Assembly (NCBI RefSeq): GCF_963506605.1
Contig: NC_083287.1
Span: 59,458,001-59,522,000, forward strand
Direction: 5' to 3'
DNA length: 64,000 nucleotides
DNA from: Zootoca vivipara
Lineage: Eukaryota
Numbering within the stretch: the stretch's first letter is position 1; each line of letters starts with the position of its first letter. The position numbers and the translations under genes were made by a program. Shown one piece after another: positions 58,063 to 64,000 of this stretch. The notes beneath the pieces were generated by a model. That model did not search any database and was not told the DNA's origin. It saw only the letters and a program-made list of their open reading frames with translations.

Positions 58063-60386
58063 ACAAAAGTAAGAAATTTGAATTCCTCACGCCCAGAAAC
58101 ATATATTTAAGACCGCTCACTGAAGAAATTCCCAAAAATTAAGTCCCGCCCCATAAAACGACTCGCCTTACTAGCTCAGGCTGGGAACTCTTGCCCAAGT
58201 GCTGTATGTCGTCTTCTGCCCCTGGCAAGCACCTGAGCCTTGTGGAGAGCCCCTCTCCACCCACCCACCCACCTTTGGGTTTCCCAGGAAGACCCTTCTT
58301 GCCCCCTCCTACCCAAAGCCCAGGCCTGCAGTTGTCCTCAGCGACGAGGGGTTCTGCTGCTTCAGTTCCATGGTGCACCCATGCCAGAGTTTGCCAAGCT
58401 CTCTTGCCCAGAGGTCTGCCCCCAAAGTCCACTGCATATTTTCTAGAGCAGGGGTGGAGAACCAGTGGCTTTCCAGACAACATACTACAATTCCCATCAT
58501 CCCTGACCATCAGCCAGTGTTTGAACCGAGAGGAGCTGAGTAACATCTGGAGAGCCACTGGTTAGGCACCTTCTCACATTTGAGGGAAACTGGGGCACCA
58601 GTTAGGACTCCTGTCCCTGTTCCCCATCCGTGCAGCCAACTTGTCCTGTTCATTTCTGAGATTTCTGCCCATTCTTTATACTCAAGAGTGCCTCTGAGCA
58701 TGTGAGGGGTGTCTTCCCCTCAGCAATTACAATTATTCCTTACACCTCCAGGAGTGTTTTTCAACCTGTCTCAGAGAAGTCCTGCTATGGGGCACTGGAG
58801 GAGGAGCTTGCGGCAGCAGCAGATGCTCCAGAAAGGGAGAGTTGCAAGTCAGGTAAGAAACCAATTTCTGCCTCCTCGGCCAGACTTGGTGAAGAGAGAC
58901 CTTGCTCTGTCATTCTGGCTTTGGCCAAACAAGTGACTCGTCTTTGGGTCTGCTTGGGCAGAGAGCAGCTGGCTAATGCTCCAACGCTCGTCTAACCAGC
59001 AAAGAGGAGGCAGGCACATCCTGTTGCATCCGTGAGCATCCCCACTCTGCATGCACCTTGCCCCTGAATGGTCCTGGAAGGCATTGTGGCAAGACCTTTG
59101 TTGCAGCAAGAAAATCTCCACCGATGTACCGTTAATGTTCAGGGGATGCTGCGCCTGGGTAGCTATAACAATCGAGGTGGGTGCAATTTCCCTATTGCTG
59201 AACATTGAGGCAAAGCACCTTCTCCGCAGCTAAGCAGAGGAGGGGCTTGCATCCAGGCTGCCATTAACTTTCCACAACCAGTGCTTCCAGCTGTCCCTAG
59301 TAGAATGCCACCTTAAGAGCAGTTGCCAGCCCTCTAGGCAAAATCACAGCTAGCCAGATCAAGGTTTTGAGAGGAATTGCAGTATCTAGGTATAAAAATT
59401 TAATAAAGGAGAGAATATTTGAGATCCATATTACCGGGCTGCTTCAAGAGGAGGCAAGAGTCGCTGCTGTATCTGTGGCCATTGTGCCCAAGGAGACTTT
59501 CCTTGCCCTAAGGCAAGCTGTGGGTACAGTGAAAGGGCAACCGCAGACTGCAGGGAGGTGCAGGGACCCCCAGCAACACCTTTATGTGAACAATGGATAA
59601 CTAAGACTAGAGCAAAACTAGCTGGCACAAAAATTTTGCTTCCCATTTCTGAAGATGATACACAATCCTTAAACCTGACAAAGGGTGATCTCTAAGCATC
59701 AGAAACAGCTTCTCTTACGTAGGAGCAGCCATATCAAATGATAGGTATGGAGAGTCTGGAATCCAGCAAGACTAGTGTTAAGAGAATAAAGGATTTTACT
59801 AACATTGTCCAGTTTTCAATCCCTATTCTCTGTTTTGTCTCATAATTGTATGGTGTTGACAGCAAAGGCGGGAGAAAGGAAAGGAAATGCAAGAAAGAGA
59901 CTAATGGTTTGGTGTGTTTTCCCTTATTGACACACACAGTCACAAAATATGAAGGTAGCTTGCATCTGCTGTGGTGGTGGAGAGAGACATCTAGCTGTGA
60001 CCTGCTTCTAAAAGAAAGGAAACCAAGGTAGACTTCACGCCACCTCAGGAAGCCTCTGGCCTTGCCCAGAGTTGCCACTGCAAAGGAGCAAAAGATCAGT
60101 GGGAAGCTATGCTGAACAAGTGCTGATCTAGTTTCCTTCTGGTTATCCCAAAAAATAATTCCAACCAAATTAAGATATCTCGGAATGTCCCCGACAGTCA
60201 TACGTTCAAAGAACATTTGAGGAGAGACTGAGTATGAAAGAGGCCAAGGCAAGTGTGAGTGTAGAATTGCAGAGTTGGAAGGAACCCAAGGCAGCATCTA
60301 GTGGTCCAACCTCCTGCAGCGTAGCACTCTATGGGTTTGAATCCATCTCTCCCAAAGACTGAGGCAGGGAAGTTACCATGGCACTC

Positions 60387-60392
60387 TTTATT
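60387..60392 (-). terminator. MRPS12 polyadenylation signal
   Basis: AATAAA on the minus strand about 305 nt after the stop codon. Confidence 0.65.
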
Positions 60393-60697
60393 TAGGAACA
60401 GAAAACTCCCCCTCTCCCCCGCACCATGCCCTGGTATTCTCCTCATTCTCTTGGCATGCTGCAACTGCCATCTATACATATAAGAAGGAAGAGGCAGCCA
60501 ATTGCCTTGAAAAATTCCAACTGGAAGAGTTCCAGGCACCCTCCAAGCCAAGTCTGCAGGGACGGAAGGGAAAGTTTTCTCCCAGAGAGCGATCCTTTGC
60601 TCTGCCTCCTTCACTGCAATCCACAGCCCTGGAGGCTTCTGGAAGCTGCGTGTGAAAGTGCAGGCCCAGTTGGCTCCATGCCTGGCCCAGTCTGTGC

Positions 60698-62170
60698 TCA
60701 CTTCTTCTTCTGCACATGGGCACAGTCATACTTTCCCCGCACGACCTTGAGCTTGACCCCCGGCAGGTCCTGCGTCCTCCCGCCCTCCACCAGGACGATG
60801 CTGTGCTCCTGTAGGTTGTGCCCTTCACCCGGGATGAAGCAGATGGCCTCCTTGCCGTTGCTGAGCCGCACACGGGCACACTTGCGGTTGGCCGAGTTGG
60901 GCTTCTTGGGCTTGCGGATCATGGTCTTCAGCACCACCCCTTTGAGCTGGGGGCAGCCACTGGTGGGGCCGGGCTTTGGCGGAGGCAGCTTGGGGCGGCC
61001 TTTGCGGTGCATCTGGTTGAGGGTGGCCATAGGACAGCTCGGGGGTGGCAGCACCAGGCAGGGTGGTGGAATGAAGCTGCGAGGAAGGGCAGCAGCTCCT
61101 GGCAAAAGAAAAAGTTAAGGGTCAGGAAAAGGGACACCCAAATGATCAAGGGGATGGAGAGACTCCCCTAGGAAGAAAGGCTATGGCAATTGGGGCCTCT
61201 TAGCTTAGGTGAGTAAGAGGCAAAATGGAGAAGTTTATAAAGTTACGTCTGGCATAGAGAGATTGGATGGAGAGTCTCCTTAGACAGGGAATCATGGACA
61301 TGCAATGAAGCTAAATCTTAGAAGATTCAGGACAGATAAAAGGGAGACTTTTTTCATGCAGTTAAACTGTGGAACTTGATGCTACAGGAAGCAGTGATGG
61401 CCACCAACTAAGACCAATTGACAGAGGAGGAGAGGGCTATTAATGATGGCTGTGCTCTGCCGCCATGGTCCGAAGCAGCAAATATCAGTTTCTGGGAACC
61501 CCCAGGCAGAAATAGCATTGCTCTTGTGCTCAGATCCTGCACCCGGGATTTGCATAATGGGCACCTGTTGGTGACTGTGAGGACAGGATGCTGGACTGGA
61601 TGGGGCCCCTTTGTCCTGGTCCAGCAAGGCTCTCCTTGGAGAGGGCACACTGCCCTACACCTGACCCCACCATGCACCCAGTTTCAGGCAGGGGTGGGAC
61701 TGACGTACCACTCGCACCAATGAATCATAGAGTTGGAAGAGACCCCAAGGGCCATCCAGTCCAACCCCCTGCCAAGCAGGAAACACCATCAAAGCATTCT
61801 TGACAGATAGCTGTCAAGCCTCTGCTTAAAGACCTCCAAAGAAGGAGACTCCACCACATTCCTTGGTAGCAAATTCCACTGCCGAACAGCTCTTACTGTC
61901 AGGAAGTTCTTCCTAATGTTTAGGTGGAATCTTCTTTCTTGAAGTTTGAATCCATTGCTCCGTGTCCGCTTCAATGCCCTTATGGAGCCTTCCCAGCCCC
62001 CCTCCCGCATGGGGATCAGCTGCCCTCCATGTTCTCCGAGAGGAAGGGGTCTGTCTCCCCCAGCTCCTCCCGGCAAGAGGCTCCTGGCTGAGCGACTCTC
62101 AGGGCAGCCACCTACCCCAGCGCAGAGGAGCCGCCAGCGCCCTCAGCAGCCCAGCAGGAGCCATCATCAT
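60698..62170 (-). CDS. MRPS12: Mitochondrial ribosomal protein S12 (uS12m). Coding exons 62170-62116 and 61098-60698; a probable 5'UTR exon ends at 62484
   Basis: Presequence [19 protein letters not shown] spliced in phase 1 to ...MATLNQMHR...[18 protein letters not shown]...GHNLQEH...[11 protein letters not shown]. Confidence 0.95.
61722..61971 (-). mobile_element. Young CR1 3' fragment in the MRPS12 intron
   Basis: Same CR1 family as the other young copies. Confidence 0.88.
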
Positions 62171-62329
62171 GCGCAGACGCCCCGAGTCTCTCTTGCTGAC
62201 GGGGACCTGCAGGAAGGAAGGTCGAAGGTCAGAGGGGGGGAGAGAGAAGCCCCTTGAGATGCTGGAGTTGAGATTCCGGCCTAGATGACCCTCGGGATCC
62301 CTTCCCGCTGATTCAGCCCCCAGGGTCAC

Positions 62330-63030
62330 GTGCCTTCCCGCTCCCCTTCCCAGGCCCTGGGAGCGGGGGAGCGAGGCCGGACTGCCGAGGGGCGTGGCCT
62401 GGCGACAGCCCTGAGGGCCGCATGGAGAGGTTTGGAGGGCCGCTTTCGTGTGCCCCTCCTCTCCCCCTTTCTGGGCAGCCTACCGCGCGGCCTTCTTCCG
62501 CCTGACCCAGCAGGACCCTCCCGCCTCCGCCGCCCCCCCCCCGCTTGGAGGGAGGGAAAAGGGGTCGCTCACTCTAGTGTGGTTCCGCTGCCGCCAGGCC
62601 GGCCCCGGGAAGGAAGTGCACTGGCCAGGGGCTCCGCCCCTCAAGCGGCTCCTCTTCCGATTGGGCGACGAAGCGAGAGAGCCACGCCTCTCTTCTCATT
62701 GGGCGAAAGAGGCGGCGCCCTCCCTGTGACACCCCAGAGAGGAGTCGAGCTGCTCGACGATGATTGGCCGCAAGGGGACGAAGGCGAGAAGGGACGGAGC
62801 CTGAAAAGGAAGGAAAAAGATGGCCGGAGGGAGAACTTCCGGGGTCAACGACAGAGGCCTCCCCCCCCCCTCCCGCCCACACTGCACTGACTGTGACCAC
62901 TGTCTTGGCCGGTGTTGGCAGCAAAGCTCCGCCGGCTCCGTAGTGCCGGAAGTGACCATAGAGTTCCGCCATAGAGCTTGCCTATCCTTGTGCGCATGCG
63001 CAGGGCGCTCTCGCGCGCTCTCCATTCCAG
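62330..63030. promoter_or_regulatory. CpG-island promoter of MRPS12
   Basis: Three CCAAT boxes (ATTGG at 62660, 62698, 62763), a GC box at about 62633, ETS/GABP CCGGAAGTG at 62946, NRF1 palindrome TGCGCATGCGCA at 62991-63002 and YY1-like AAGATGGC at 62817. Confidence 0.8.
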
Positions 63031-63574
63031 CTGAGAATTGACGCTCATTTTCCCAACATCCAAAATGAGCAAAGTTTTCTTTGCTTATCGGGATGCAGAC
63101 GCGTGAGCTGGAGGGGAAGCTGCGGAGATTTGTAATTCTTTATTTGCTTGTAAATTGTTTTGATTTTTAAAAATGATTTTGTTGTATGGTTTTTTTAAAT
63201 CTTTTAAATGTAAACTGCTTTGAGAGATTTTGTGCTTTAGCAGTACATACATACTTTTACAAACAAATAAATAAAACAAGTGAAGCTGAGGGTGGCCCAC
63301 CATGGAGCACCGGAGGCTCCTCTGCCTTTTTTTATTTATTCCTAAAGAATTTTATTGATTTGTTAGCACACAAACAAAAGTGTTTAGGTAACAAAAAGAA
63401 GGAAAGGGAAGAATCAAATATTTAAACCACAAAGCACCACAGACTGGAAGGACAAAGTACAAAGATACAGTGCAGCCCCAAAGGGATAAAAAAAAGTGTT
63501 AACTTTATTAAATCTTCCCTGTGGCAGCTGTTCAGATATTTCACAGAACCATCAAATTGTAGAGCTGAAAGAGT

Positions 63575-63880
63575 TGGATGACGCAGCCTTGACAGCCTTC
63601 TCTGAGGAAGCTCCACAGAGACTCACTCACTGTTTTGCTGAAGTCTGCAGAGAGTTTGGCTTCCCCATCAGACCAGCGAAGGCCATCATTCTGGGTCAGG
63701 ATATGTCCAGCACTCCGCGCATCATTCCTGCATCACAGCGGGTTGGACTAGGTGACCCTTGGAATGCCTTCCAACACAACAATTCTTTGATTCTATGCAT
63801 GACGTGGAAGATGATGTTGTCTACCTGGGCTCCACCATTAGAAGCAACCACTCCATTGACGCTGAGCTGAACAAGCGTAC
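63575..63880 (+). mobile_element. Degraded RTE-clade LINE RT fragment
   Basis: DDAALTAFSEEAPQRLTHCFAEVCREFG...ILGQD, and later YLGSTI...IDAELNKR. Confidence 0.7.
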
Positions 63881-64000
63881 CGTGGTACCTCGCTAGACAA
63901 AGGCCCTGAAAGACTAATTTTTCGCTTAACGAATAGGTTTTGCGATCAGAGGTTGCCTCGCAAGACGACAAGGTGATGTAGGAGGTCTCCAAAGCTGCGT

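Noticed and set aside
58100-60300. Possible coding or retrocopy sequence between BovB and MRPS12
   Set aside because: Short ORFs with no recognisable motif or consistent splice pattern.
60698-61098. Bacterial rpsL contamination or organelle insertion
   Set aside because: It has a spliced presequence exon, CpG promoter and poly(A) signal, so it is nuclear MRPS12.

Overview
Vertebrate genomic DNA with spliced genes, not a prokaryotic window. The repeat content (Sauria SINE, BovB, CR1, Penelope, Rex1) points to a squamate, probably a lacertid-type lizard (inference). Gene order: 3' end of NOS3 (+); ATG9B (-, about 782 aa, with an AT-AC U12 minor intron); a shared CpG-island promoter; ABCB8 (+, 16 coding exons, about 708 aa); an unnamed gene (+, about 31.0-54.8 kb); a 5'-truncated but open BovB LINE; MRPS12 (-) with its promoter. 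The main finding is the unnamed gene. I can splice it through canonical GT-AG sites, with every intron phase matching, into one 1083-aa ORF: relic KRAB fragment, KRAB-A/B, C2H2 zinc fingers, Myb/SANT (trihelix/MADF-like) domain, and a PIF/Harbinger (HARBI1-like) transposase domain lacking two of its three DDE residues. It looks like a KRAB zinc-finger gene that captured both proteins of a Harbinger transposon in one polypeptide. Secondary findings include a Penelope foldback carrying a minimal hammerhead ribozyme, a five-superfamily nested TE cluster in one intron, an altered NOS3 Ser1177 kinase motif, and no apparent NOS3/ATG9B antisense overlap. All gene models were built by eye; no database searches were run.
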